Shown here one piece after another: positions 22,204 to 35,170 of a stretch of DNA of 64,000 bases (its first letter is position 1; every line of letters begins with the position of its first letter). The position numbers were made by a program, and so were the translations under genes. The notes under the pieces are model-generated. The model was not told the origin of the DNA, did not search any database, and worked only from the letters and a program-made list of their open reading frames with translations. Origin of the DNA: Geosiphon pyriformis uo1 (Eukaryota > Fungi > Glomeromycota); assembly GCA_016748015.1 (NCBI GenBank), contig JAAOMT010000213.1, forward strand, positions 92,485-156,484, in the 5' to 3' direction.

Positions 22204-24461
22204 CTATATGCTAGTACTACCTTTGCTACCTAATGTATCAAACATATCTAATTCATACATCTTACCCATAATACATACAAGTTCATGACTACTCTTAACA
22301 AGACTGCTCATCTACTTAGCAGTCTGATCTGGATCGGACTTGATATTAGAGGATTGAATCTCCCATAACTTTATCATCACATCAAATATATCATTATAGA
22401 CTGAAAAATCTTTAACATTATCATCATCATCATCATCATTATCATTATCATCCATGTTTTCATCATCAGATATGTTATGGTGTATCTTCCCACTCCTCAA
22501 CTTAAGAGTCCCCACTTCCTTTTGCAGCATAGAAGCCATAGCACAAACAGCCTTAATTTGGTTTCCCAATTCAATCACACTTTCCTTCATTGCCTCAACC
22601 ATAACTGGTGGAGTAGACAATAATGTAGTAACCAATGCAACCAAAGAACCCACAGGCTCAACTATAGATTTGATCAACAAAGACAATTCACTAAGTTGGG
22701 TTTCCAGAGAAGCCAACCTAGCATTAACAGCAACATCTGAACCAAAGGAGACAACTGGCAACAGTGGCACCACAACTTTGAGGGAGGTACTGAAAACCAG
22801 ACCCGTATTAGCAGCAGCAGCAACAGAAGGAACCACAGAGGTGGCAGCTTTGGCATAAGATTTAGTTCCAACAAGAGACGACGACTTGAAAATGATGGGA
22901 CCACCAGCAGAATTAAAAGAGAGTTTGGGAGGGAGAGGTGGCAACACCTTACAGTTCACAGCCAAATGATCCAAACTTTGACATCTATAGCAGCGATGAC
23001 ATCCAGGAGTTTCCCACCAGATGCGGCAGCCACGTAAGGTACTGGTTTTTGAAACAGCAGCATTTAAAGATTCCAAAAAACCGAAGATCACTACTGCAAA
23101 GCATTGACATTGATAGGAATCAGGGGAGCAGGGAATGAAACATGTACTGCCACCAACTTGGAAGACCAGATCACTTATCTCAAATGCAGTGCAGCCAAAT
23201 AGAAGATTAACCAGCTTAGCTTTGAAAGCATCTCTTGAGGAAATAACCTCCTTTTGGTTGGCAATAGGAAGAATCTTAACACTATCTTTTCTGACCAACA
23301 CAGACCAATTAGAGAGAGCAGCAGCAGCAGAAAAAGTGTCCTTAAAATTAACCACAGCATATTGCCATAAGCCAGCAGACTTCAACTTAACAGAAGTGAC
23401 AACACCAAAAATGCCAAGAGCAGATTTGATGTCATCAGAAGAGGCACCCAAAGGTATATTGTGCAGTACAACTGACAAAGAAGGAGAAGAAACAGAGGCC
23501 ACTCCTGAAAACCGTGCAATCTTAAAAGTGGTCAAAAAAACCTCATCACCAATGGCCACCTTGGTAGCACTATTTAGACACTCCTAAGATGCAAATTCCA
23601 CACAGAACAACTTGATAGCATCTTGTGAAACTGATTTAAGTCCAATACAACCAGGCAACAACTGAAACAAAGAACTAAGCAAAGCTATCTTAATCTTAAA
23701 CATAGCACCAGGTACAAGATTGGAGGCCACCCAACCAGAAACCCTTTGACATCCATTCACATTTACCCAAGCACCAGCATCAGATACACCAGAAACTGGG
23801 AGGGGGGAACAGTTGATTCCATTTCCATCTGATCAGTCCAATCTTTGAGATCATCTGGATTGATGGACTGTTTTGCTACTGAGATTGGTAATGATCTGCC
23901 AGAGAGTACCACATTAGGCAACACAGCCAGTGGTTGATCTTGGTCTATCTTGGAAGATGTGCTGCTGCTGTTGCCATCCATATCAGGAATAGGGCTGGCT
24001 GCTGCTGTGGAGATCTTACTAAAGATCTCATCTGGAACCACAAAGGGGTTCAGTGTGACCATAGCAGTTGTGACTGCCTGCTGCTGTTTTTTGGGATTTT
24101 TTGCTTTTGCGGCCATTTGTAAAGCAGTAGTAGTAGAAGTAGTAGTGGGAGTGATAAGAGCAGGAAAGACCAACTTGTTGACTGGTCTGTTATTAAAAAT
24201 CTTTGGGCTCTTTGAAGTGGTAAAGACAACACAAGGACTAACCCAAGTGTGTCTTTTTGAAGGGACTTTGACTGGAGAAGAAATTGAACCAGAAGCCACT
24301 AAAGGCAGCTTATTACTATTATTTTTTAAAGGAAATGTTACCAGAACGTTTTGTCTAGCTGCTTCAATAACAGAGAGACTCTCTCATGTTGAAACTTTAT
24401 TAGTTACTATAGGAAAAGTAATGTTTGCAACTTTTTTACTCTTAACTCTATTTGTGGTCAT
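22204..24461 (-). pseudogene. LINE ORF1-like protein (RRMs, CCHC knuckle, coiled coil, acidic tract)
   Basis: LHNIPLG..FGVV..WQYAVVNF, CYRCQSLDHLAVNC, KSYA. Confidence 0.8.
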
Positions 24462-24581
24462 GAAATTTAGGAAAACAAGAGTTTTTTTCCATGTGGTGTA
24501 CAAAAGTCTTTTGAGAATGAACCACTTGAAATCCAATCATTAGTTATAGAACAATGAGAACCTTCCTCTAAAGAAAAAAAA

Positions 24582-25958
24582 ATGGACATTGAAAATCTGT
24601 TGGCTAGAAATAGCTCAGTTATCTCAAAAGAAGGTAATACCCTTGGACAAACTCATGTAATACAACACACTATTACTACCAAAGAAACTCACCCCATCTA
24701 TTTGAAGTCTTATCAATCCAATCAACATAATGATGAGTTTATCAAAAAAGAGATAAACCAGATGAAAGATTTTGGATTTATACAAGAAACCAAGAGTAAA
24801 TGGGCTTTTTCAGTTGTGGTGGTATCCGAGAAAGATGGAACCCTACACTTCTGTGTTGACTATCACAAACTAAATGCCATTACTATAAGAGACATGTACC
24901 CATTCCCCAAAATTGATACAATACTAGATAAATTCAATGGTGCTGTTTTCTTCTCAACCATTGACTTAACTGCTGGATTCTGGCAAGTAGAGATGGATCC
25001 AAAAAGCAGAAAAAAAACTGCTTTTATTACCAAGTATGGCACCTATGAATTTACTGTCATGCCTTTTGGTCTTACCAATGTTCCTTCCACCTTTCAATGC
25101 CTAATGGACAAAGTATTTGAATCAGTAAAAAAGAACTTTGTTCTGGTCTACTTAAATGACATAATAGTCTACTCAAAAACCTGGAATGAACACCTTGAAC
25201 ATTTACAGAAGGTTTTTGACCTGCTCAGAAATGCTGGTCTCAAGATAAACACAATCAAATCTTTTTTTGGACAACAATCCACCCAGTTCCTTGGTTATCT
25301 TATTACAAAAAATGGAATCTTCTTTGATCCAGCTAAAGTTGAAAAAGTTCAGAACATTAGACAACCAATGAATGTTTCTGAACTATGCTCTTTCCTTGGT
25401 TTGGCCTCTTACTATCACAAATTTATTAAGAATTTCTCTAAAATCACCTTTCCTCTCAATCAGCTACTCAGGAAAAATGTCAATTATCACTGAGACATTC
25501 ATCAACAAAAAGCTTTTGAATTTCTGAAGGAAAAACTTGTTACTGAACCAATTCTCAAACAACCTAATCTGAACCAATCTTTTATTCTCCATACTAATGC
25601 ATCTGGTTATAGACTTGGTACTGTCCTTTCACAGAAAAATGAAAATGGCAAAGAACATGCCATAGTATATGCCAGTAGATCCCTTACACCAGTAGAAAAG
25701 AACTATTCAGTTACTGAACAAGAATGTCTAGCAGTAGTTTGTGTTACCAACTACTGGGATCAATATCTTCTTGGTGCAAAATTCTTAGTGGTAATAGATT
25801 ATCAAGCTTTGGTTTGGCTGTGCAAAAAAAAGAAGTTGGAACACAAACAAATAACTTGCTGGATACTCCACTTGGATGAATTTGACTATGATATTCAATA
25901 CTGCAAAGAAGCAAATCATCAAAATGCCAACACTCTATCTAGACTTACCATCCAGTAA
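24582..25958 (+). pseudogene. RT and RNase H of A3
   Basis: FCVDYHKLN, IDLTAGFWQ, MPFGL, YLND; ends SRLTIQ*. Confidence 0.93.
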
Positions 25959-26579
25959 CAATACAATTTCTCAAACCAAACCAACTTAATTATATATAAT
26001 TCTTTCATAAACAAACACAATAATTGACTTGGACAACTACTCTGCCTTAATGGAATTTTTGGGTAAAAGACAATACCCACCAGAATACACTTGACAGCAA
26101 AGAGAACATTTGCACAAACAATCAAATTTCTATTTGATTCGCCAAAACAAATTATACAAAAAAAACAGAAAAGATCCTGATCACCTCCAGAGAATCATCA
26201 GATTTGAAGAAAAAGAAATTGTAATATACAATATGCATACTGATCCATTAGCTAGACACTTTGGAAAAACAAAAACAATTCAAAAAACTTTAGCTTGTTA
26301 TTATTGGCCTATCTTGGGAAAGAACATTGCTAAATACATCAAAACCTGTGACATCTGCCAAAGAAGAGGCAAACCCAATTACAAAGAAGATATCCATCCA
26401 ATCTCTGTTGGTCAACCATTTAACAAAATTGGTATAGATGTTATTGGACCTTTAACAATAACTCCTGATGGCAACAGATACATTATTACAGCTACCAACT
26501 ATCTTACAAAATGGGTAGAAGCAAGAGCCACCTTAGACCAAACAGCAGTCTCAATAGCCAATTTTATTTATGAAGATAT

Positions 26580-27258
26580 TATTACGGGTTGGAGTAACAA
26601 GCTAATGAATAGCAAGAAAGAACAGGATTGTAGGGTAATGGAAATAATCAAAAAAGAATTCAATCTTAAAGAGCGAATTGAATGAGTATAAATTCAATGT
26701 GCAAGATCAGTCTCATAAAATATCTCAGTTACTATTCTTTTCAAAGGTAACTAGGGAATCTGAAGGTAGAGAGATAGTCCGTACTGTCAACAATTAATCA
26801 CCACTGGTATAATTCTATGCCTTACATTGGCGCTTTTAGAATTCAATATCAGGTATCAACTTGTGCTTTTCAGTCACGTTTATTCAAATAATCTTCAAAT
26901 ACTACAATTATATATGTTAGGAAAAGGCCAACAAGTAATCTTTTATCCTAAGATGTTTGGATACTTGAAGGTAGAGAAAAAAAAATTAGCAATAAGAGAA
27001 TGATTGAGATAAAAGTTGTTGTTTTTATTTATTTGATTCTTGTCTGAGAGATGATTTTCTACAGCTAAGAGACTTATCACTTATATAGCTAATAAAAGTA
27101 GTCAACAACCAGGTCAATGACTAGGTCAATAATCAGGTCAATGGTCAGGTTATTGATCAAGTCAATGATCACTATCTAAAAATAGAGTGGCTAATTATAT
27201 GACATCAGTGGCTAATACATGTGATAACTAATAAAAATTATGAGTTTCAATCATAACA
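26580..27258 (-). repeat. Solo LTR of family A in the A3 integrase
   Basis: TSD ATAT at 26576-26579 and 27259-27262. Confidence 0.9.
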
Positions 27259-27617
27259 ATATCATTTGCCATCATGGCTGCCCCAAAAAACTTTTATCTG
27301 ATAGAGAAAGAGCTTTTCTCAGTATACTGATTGAAGAACTTTGCAGAAAAATAGGAATATGTTATAAACTTTCCTCCTCAAACAAATGGCTTAGTGGAAC
27401 ATTTCAATAGAACACTATGTGAAACTCTAACCAAAACCAGTGAAAAAACAAACTTATAGGACAAAGTACTGCCTTCTTTTTTTTTTTTTGTTAACATGTA
27501 GCTATGTTGGTCTTTTATTAGTTTAGCCATGCTCAAAGACACAGCTTTTTCATAAAGCCAACTCACCCAATAATCTAAATTACAAGATGTGGCTAATCAC
27601 AAAGTGGCTATGCCTAA

Positions 27618-30600
27618 CTACATGCTAGTATAACCAAAATTCTTAAGGGGTATCACACCATTACTTAAAGTAACTTTACTACCCAAAACATCAGTTATTA
27701 TCATATTACAACATTGAAATTCATCACTTATTTTAATATTGGAGTTATCACTACCCTTATCACTATTTCTAAGCAATTGGCATTTACTAGTCACTTGTAA
27801 TGGATTTTTCTTAATTCTGTTATCAATACTCATAATTTTTTCCCATTCAGTTTGTACCTTATAATGTTTCTTCTATAGTCTATTCCTTGCTTGAGTCACA
27901 GCCCATTTACACATCTTAATTAAGATATTATCATTAGCCTTCTGATCAATATCAGCAAAAGCATTGATTCTACCAAATTGCTCATTGATTAGTCCTTTGC
28001 ATAGTAGATCTATGTTGGGCATTGTCTTGATGTACTTATTAGACAGAACAACTCTTTTACTAGGGTCCAAAATTTTATGTTTCCCTCTTATAGCCTTTAA
28101 TAAACATCACATCCACTCATTCCTCACATCATCTATCAGCATCTTGCCCTTTTGAATATTCAGAGAGCATTCCCAAAAGTGTTGATTGGTTTCAACTTCT
28201 GTGTGGCATATTTTGCACAATTTGTTTTTATACACTAAAAGATATCTGTTGTATAGCACTTCTGCTGTTGGTAACATGTTGTAGAATGACTTCATAATAA
28301 ATGTACACATTGCTGAAGAACCAGCTGAGATGAAGCCTGATGACATTTTACCATCCCAGTTCTATACTTTGGTTGTGCTTTTCCAATCTACCCTTTGGTC
28401 CAAAATCCTTATTGTTTCTTGTACTTTGTCATTGTTCATCCAATTCAAGGCCAGTCTGTTGGCTCAGAAAATGTCTGATATTCAGATCTAACTCAACTCC
28501 TCTGTAATAGAGAATGTAACTAATGTTCTCAGCATTGTATGCCCACTCTACTGTGTCAAAAGTAGTAGCTTCTTTGGCTAGTTTGTCAGCCATCTCATTT
28601 TTAGATATACCTGTATGTGCAGCCACTTTGTTTATAATTAGATCAATTCTTTTTTCCCCTATCACTGCTTTAATTGCATTCCATGTGCACCAGTTAGGAG
28701 TTTTAAGCTGATTCCTAATAGACAAGGGATGATCTTTGAACAACTATTTTTGGGCTGTTGACATTACTGCCTGACTATCTGTGTTCAATGTCAATCTGCA
28801 TTTGTAAAGCACTGCTTCCAAACCCAATAATACTGCTTTTGCTTCAGTCTTTGTTGATAATAATGTTCCATTAACTGCTATACCAAAGTTGGCCTCTATT
28901 CTATGTGTAACAAAAGCAGCTGCTTCTTTAGCCTCCTCAGAACCAGCTTTTATCAGTAATCCATCTGTTAATATTTCTATTTCCTTTCTGAACCTTAACT
29001 TATCTCATACCTTCCTCCATTGTGGTAATAGAACATCAGGAATTTGGATGTAAATAAAGTTTCTTTGTATAGTATTTAGGTTATCTGGTATCTGGTAATC
29101 TATTTCGTGCATCCCTACTGCTTCACATTGGGCTATATTAATATTTCTGTGTTCATCCATAATGATTGTGAATTCTACAATCCTAAACTATTTGGGTATT
29201 CTACCACTGTCACTTTGTCTGTACTTCCTTGTAAAGTCCATTCATGTTATTAATAATCTGTCTTTGGTTTGAACCTAATGTAAATACAAAATGTTCTCTT
29301 TTCTCAGTAAACTTCTAACTTTAGTATAGGCTACACCTGGAGTTATGACTGTCTTAATTAAATGTGCATATGGTTTTGAGGATTCAGGCACCCCATATGT
29401 GTTACCAGAGCTTTTGAATGAGATGCTCCTTTCATCTATTATCTGCATAATGTTTGTTATTAGATTAACTCCTGGCTTAGATCATTCATTAATAGGATAT
29501 TCAAGTATACTGTAAGCTGACCATCTCTGTGCCTGCAAGTTAGTTAGTCTGATTTTTGTAGCCATCTCAGCAATATCATTACTGTTCAATCTAACCAACA
29601 AGTCTGTGATCTTGCTTTTTGCCTGTATGTCATCAATTTTGAATAATTTGTACAAAGATGTGTGATGTATAGCACTGGCTGGAAAATCTACTGAGAGATT
29701 TGCTTTTTTCTTTACAGTGGCTGAGATCTTTGAGTTCCATCTTTTGGCCCAACTATTTGGTATATAGGTTAATTGAGATCTAAATTCTATTGCTGGACTG
29801 AGTACACTGTTGAAAATATAAATCACCTGTTTTTCAGTGATGTGTTTTTTCCCAATAACCCCACACACTGCTTCAATGTTAGATTCTATCATATTCAGAC
29901 AGTCTTATTTTTTCCATTTGTTCGAATCCATACTCCCAAATATTGGATGCATATAGATGGGTCCAACAATCTTAAGGTTTGTTTGTTTGAACCAAATTTT
30001 AGTGGCTCAACTAACACTGATTTTCTCTTGGAAGGTCTGATCACTATTGTTTTAGTCTTATCTAAGTTGATCTTAATATCCACCATTCTAAAAAAGGAGC
30101 TGGCAGTGTTCAGAATACTCTGCATTCCTTGTCTTGAGTTAACTATTCATACTGTGTTATTAACAAAGACAAGGTGGTTTACTGATGCAATTAGGGATTG
30201 TGTGTCTGGTTGATTGTTCCACTTTTTCCATTCAGCTGTTAATTGGTATCCTTGGCTGTAATTTGCTTGTTTTACTTCACACAATAAGGGGTCATAGAAG
30301 ATTTTCTACATGATGGGTGAGCTTGTTTCCCTTTGATCTAATTCATCTTGTACTTGATATTTGTTACTTAACTCAAACTCAGTTATAATCTTATTACTTC
30401 TATTGTTGTGCATTAAGCCAAATAGCTTAGTAAACCTATTGTTTATTTTGATTCTCCTTAGTGCAGCTTTTATGGGTTTTCATCCCACTGAGTCATATGC
30501 CTTTTTCATGTCCTAAAATATAAACCAAGCCTCATTACCAAATTCTCTTGCATGCTTAGCAATGGCATTGATCACATAGATTGGCACTGCTGAAGATGTG

Positions 30601-32479
30601 TTTTTCAGAACTGAGGTGTTATAATCTTTTAAAACATTGTGGAGCTCACATGTTTTTGATATTCTTGCAGTTAAAATCTTTGTTAAGATCTTTTTAGTGC
30701 TTTCAATGAGTGTGATCAGCCTGGTGATGTCAATATTGCCACCCCATTCTTTTGGCTTTGGAATCAGTATGATCTGTGCTATTCTCCACTCCTCAGGCAT
30801 GTCTGCTGCTTCTATGCAAGCATTAAGCAATGTTCTCAGTTTAGACTTGGTATTAAGACCAAACTTCCTCCAAAGTTCAGCTTGTATGCCTGATGGGCCA
30901 GAGGCTTTGTTACAGGGTGTGTGGCTTAATGTGTAGTCAAATTTCTCAATTGTTATTTCAGCCATCACACCATTAAAGGCATTATCTGGGATGCTCTCTA
31001 TTGGCCTAAACCTGTGTTCCCAACTTTTCTATAGTTTAGGTTCAAGAATTTTTGTTTTAGTTTACCCTTGAGCTTTTTTGTTTACTAGCTTTTTGATATC
31101 ATCAGAATCATTATGAAATTTGCCTTCTTCTATAACATGGTCTAGTACTATCTTTTGTCTTTTCCTGTTTAGAATGCTTTTGATGATTGCTTCTTTGTTT
31201 AGCTCAAAGTTCTGTTGTTTTTTGATGATATTGTTCACTATCTGCTTTTGTTGTTGTAATCTGATCCTAGCACACAGTGTAGATCTGTATTTTTTTTTAT
31301 GCTTAGTAATTCAACAATAAGCTTATCTTTTGGGAGAGTCATCAGATATGTGTTAACTGTCTCAGGTTTCAATTGTTTTCATTTGGCCAATAGCTGCATA
31401 ACATTGTTATTATGCATATCTGCATTGTTTACTCTTATTTGTTTGATTATATCAGTGACAATCTTAACAAGTTTGTGATCCATGCATTTTTTTTTTGTGT
31501 GTGCAGATTGGGCTCCCACTTTCCTTTTTGGTAGGCACTCAGCAGCTTGTAACACAGTCTTTTTGATTATAAGTCACATCTGGTTTAAATCATTATTGCT
31601 GTTATCTACTGATTTTCTTTGTGCTTTATCTGTTAGTCAATCAATTTCTCTAGCATAGATCTCCCATTAGACTCCAAATGCTTTTTTAACATCAATCATA
31701 GTTGTGCTACACTTCTTTCTCCCAGTTTTAGATTTTTTAATGTCTGTCAAGATTCTATCAGATCGGATGATTGTTACCACTGCTTTGTAATCAGTGCTAA
31801 ATGATTCATTAACATCAATCACCCCAATATTTGTGACCAGTGAGGCTGTAATAACATCAGTAAACACATAATTCAATCTTCTTTGCACTCCATTTGATGC
31901 CCATGTATTGTTTGGATTGTTTACTGCATACATTCCATATATATCTACTAGATTCATCTGTTGCAGCAATATTGCAGTAGGATATTTTTTTCTTTTGTTT
32001 GTGGCAATTGTTTCTTCAAGTGATTTAGATGCCAGATCTTCATTCAAATCACCTGCCACTATGACAATTTCTTTGTTTTGTACAATGTCTGCTAAAAGCT
32101 TTCTGATCTCTTTTGCAACTGTCTTTTTAGTAGGTAATTTTGATGCAAGCATGTACAATCCAACTATGTATACACTTATTTTACCCCTAAATCTCAATAC
32201 CAGATGCAATAGTCTCCCTTAATAACTCCTGATCACTTCCACATGGTGAGTTCAACATTTTCTAACCAGTATGTCCACCCCAGTTCCCATTTGTTTCTTA
32301 GTGCTTAACTCCTAAAAGGCATGATATTCCTCAGTACCAAAAAACACCCCTTTTTCTTTAATTGAGATCAGTTTAATTTCTGTAATGACCATAAAATCAA
32401 ACTATTTGTCCTTAATCCAATGTAGTATTTCTTCAGCTTTGCCAGGATTGTTAAGTCTTTTAACATTAATAGTCCCTAT
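27618..32479 (-). pseudogene. LINE ORF2: APE endonuclease, RT, RNase H, C-terminal CCHC (N-terminal codons at 40969-41035)
   Basis: KIGTINV, AGDLN, LNYVF, STDY; KASGPSG, IILIPKP, DMKKAYDSV, FVNN (mutated FVDD), YLG; TDG, EAKAV, TDSQ, KVAAHTG..NEMADKLAK; CKIC..H..EC. Confidence 0.92.
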
Positions 32480-33090
32480 TGTTATGGGTTGAAGTAACAA
32501 GCTAACGGATAGCAAGGGAGAACAGGATTGTAGGATGATGGAAATAATCAAAGGGGATTCAACTTCAATGAGCAAATTGAATGAGTATGGATTCAATGTG
32601 CAAGATCAGTCTCATAAAATATCTCAGTTGCTATTCTTTTCAAAAGTAACTGGGGAATCTGAAAGTAGAAGAATAGTCCATACTGTCAACAATTGATCAC
32701 CACTAGTATAATTCTATGCCTTACATCAGTGCTCTTAGAATTCAATATCAGGTATCAACTTGTGCTTTTCAGTCATATTTATTCAAATAATCTTCAAATG
32801 CTACAATTATATACGTTAGGAAAAAGCCAACAAGTAATCTTTTATCCTAAGATGTTCAGATACTTGAAAGTAGGGAAAAGAAAATTAGTGATAAGAGAGT
32901 GATTGAGATGAAAGTTGTTATTTTTATTTATTTGATTCTTGTTTGAGAGATGATTTTCTACAGCTAAGAGACTTATTGCTTATATAGCTATTGAAAGTGG
33001 TCAATGATCAAGTCAATGATCAGGTCAATAATCACTATCTAAAAATAGAGTGGCTAATTATATGACATCAGTGACTAATACATGTAATAA

Positions 33091-33747
33091 CTAATAAAAA
33101 TTATGGGTTTCAACTGTAACATCATCCTCTCCAAAAAGATTGAGCTCCGGCAAAATCAAGTTATTTATAGGGTATTCTAATTAAAGGGTTTTGTCTAACT
33201 CAAAACTAACTAGTTTGTTGAAGTTTTTTGTGAATAGAGTATATAGTACTTGAGGCGAAATAAGCTTTGTATTCAAGAGACCAAATCTTTGTATAAGAGT
33301 TTTGGCTCTTCTTACAATGGTTAAAACTCTTGGGATATCTAAACGTATAATGCCCAAAATTTCCACTTGTATTTCTGAAGTTGTTTTCTTCATGAGCTTC
33401 ATTTCTTCTATGATTTCACCAAGACGACCATAGAGTTCTAGTTGTCTTCCATATGACAAGTTTTTGTCTATGGGCAAGATTTTCTTAATCATTTTTCCAA
33501 TTGTCATGGAAAGTGTAAGTATTGCTACTATTATGCTTTTTAGCAAATACTTATCCATTTTGCTACCAATTCTTTCTCTTCTGGTAGTGGTTTTCTTTGA
33601 TCTAATAACAGTATGTATTCCACTGTTATCAGTTATAGTGGTTTGTTTTCCAATGGTCAGAGTAGCATTTGGATAATTTTTGATCCAGTACTCATGGAGA
33701 GTATAGAAAGCGTTTTGAATGTTTTGATTTAGGAAATAATTGTTCAT
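33091..33747 (-). pseudogene. Family A ORF3 (copy A4), one premature stop
   Basis: 657 nt, same length as 1802-2458. Confidence 0.8.
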
Positions 33748-33788
33748 GTTAATTGAAGATACCTCTGTTTTGGAAATGGTGTATTTAT

Positions 33789-35102
33789 TTATATCTGATT
33801 TTTGTTGATCATTTGGGTCAGTATTACCACAACAGGTAACCAATCAGATCGTTTGTAATATTTCTTGAGTTGTGTGCCATGAACAGGGCGATCATTGAAG
33901 ATTGTTCCATATTAATCTTGTAAGATATAAGAACCATTGTTCAAAACTTTGTTGACTATAAAGGGTCCTTTCCACCGACTAGAGAATTTATCACCATAGA
34001 CATTGTTTTTGTTTGAACGGTATTCTAAAACTAAGTCACCAACACTTAAAGAAAGTGTTTTATATGTTTTCTTTTTCTTAAGCTTCCCTTGGAATTGTTT
34101 TATCTTTTTAAAGACAATTATCTGTGTTTCTACTAATAAGTTGAGAATGGTATCAAGTCTTCTTTGCAAAGTGTCTTTGTAATTCCCTATTGTTATTTCT
34201 TCAAAGGGTATTATCTCAATGTCAGTTTTTATTGGTAGAGTTGTCATTTGTCCATAGAGTAAAAAAAAGAGTTCATAACTTGTTATGTCATGATTCACAG
34301 TTTTATAAGCAAACAAAGCTGAAGACAGTACTTTGTCCCATAAGTTTGTTTCTTTGCTGGTTTTGGCTAGAGTTTCACATAGTGTTCTATTAAAATGTTC
34401 TACTAGGTCATTTGTTTGGGGATAATAAGGAGAGAAAAGTTTGTGACGTATTCCCATTTTTCTGCAAAGTTCTTTAACAAGTGTACTGAGAAAAGCTCTT
34501 CCTCTGTCAGATAAAAGTTCTTTGGGATAGCAATGGCAACAAATGATATCTTCATAAATGAAATTGGCTATTGAAACTACTGTTTGGTCTGAAGTGGCTC
34601 TTGCTTCTACCCACTTTGTAAGATAGTCGGTAGCTGTGATAATGTATCTGTTGTCATTAGGAGTTATTGTTAAAGGTCCAACAACATCTATACCAATTCT
34701 GTCAAAGAGTTGACCAACAGAGATTGGATGGATATCTTCTTTGCGATTGGGTTTTCTTCTTCTTTGGCAGATATCACAGGTTTTAATGTATTCAGCAATG
34801 TTTTTTCCCAAGGTAGGCCAATAATAACGAGCTAGAGTTTTCTGAATTGTTTTTGTTTTTCCAAAGTGTCCAGCTAATGGATCAGTGTGCATATTGTAGA
34901 TCACAATTTCTCTTTCTTCAAATCTGATAACTCTCTGGGGGTGGTTAAGATCTTTTCTATTTCTTTTATAAAGTTGGTTCTGGCAAATCAAATAGAAATT
35001 TGATTGTTTGTGCAAATGTTTTCTTTGTTGTTGTGTGTATTTTGGTGGGTATTGTTCTTTACCCAAAAATTCCATTAAGGCAGAGTAGTTGTCCAAGTCC
35101 AT
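33789..35102 (-). pseudogene. Integrase of A4
   Basis: ORF 33912-35174; HHCC, GIDVVGP, SDRGRAF, WKGPF. Confidence 0.93.
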
Positions 35103-35170
35103 TATCATGTTTGTCAAAAAGGAGAAATTACTAATAATTAAGTTTGGTTTGGTTTGAGAGGGTTGTTCTG

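Larger units (their letters stand above)
21911..24497 (-). mobile_element. ORF1-only non-LTR element (HAL1/half-LINE-like), copy a
   Basis: Poly(A) tail, TSD GTACAAAAGTC at 21900-21910 and 24498-24508, single ORF1-like frame, no RT. Confidence 0.85.

Noticed and set aside
32693-32902. Recurrent 69-aa antisense ORF in family A LTRs (also 40518-40727, 49943-50152)
   Set aside because: Starts at TTG, recurs only because the LTRs are copies, is broken in other LTRs, and has no recognisable motif
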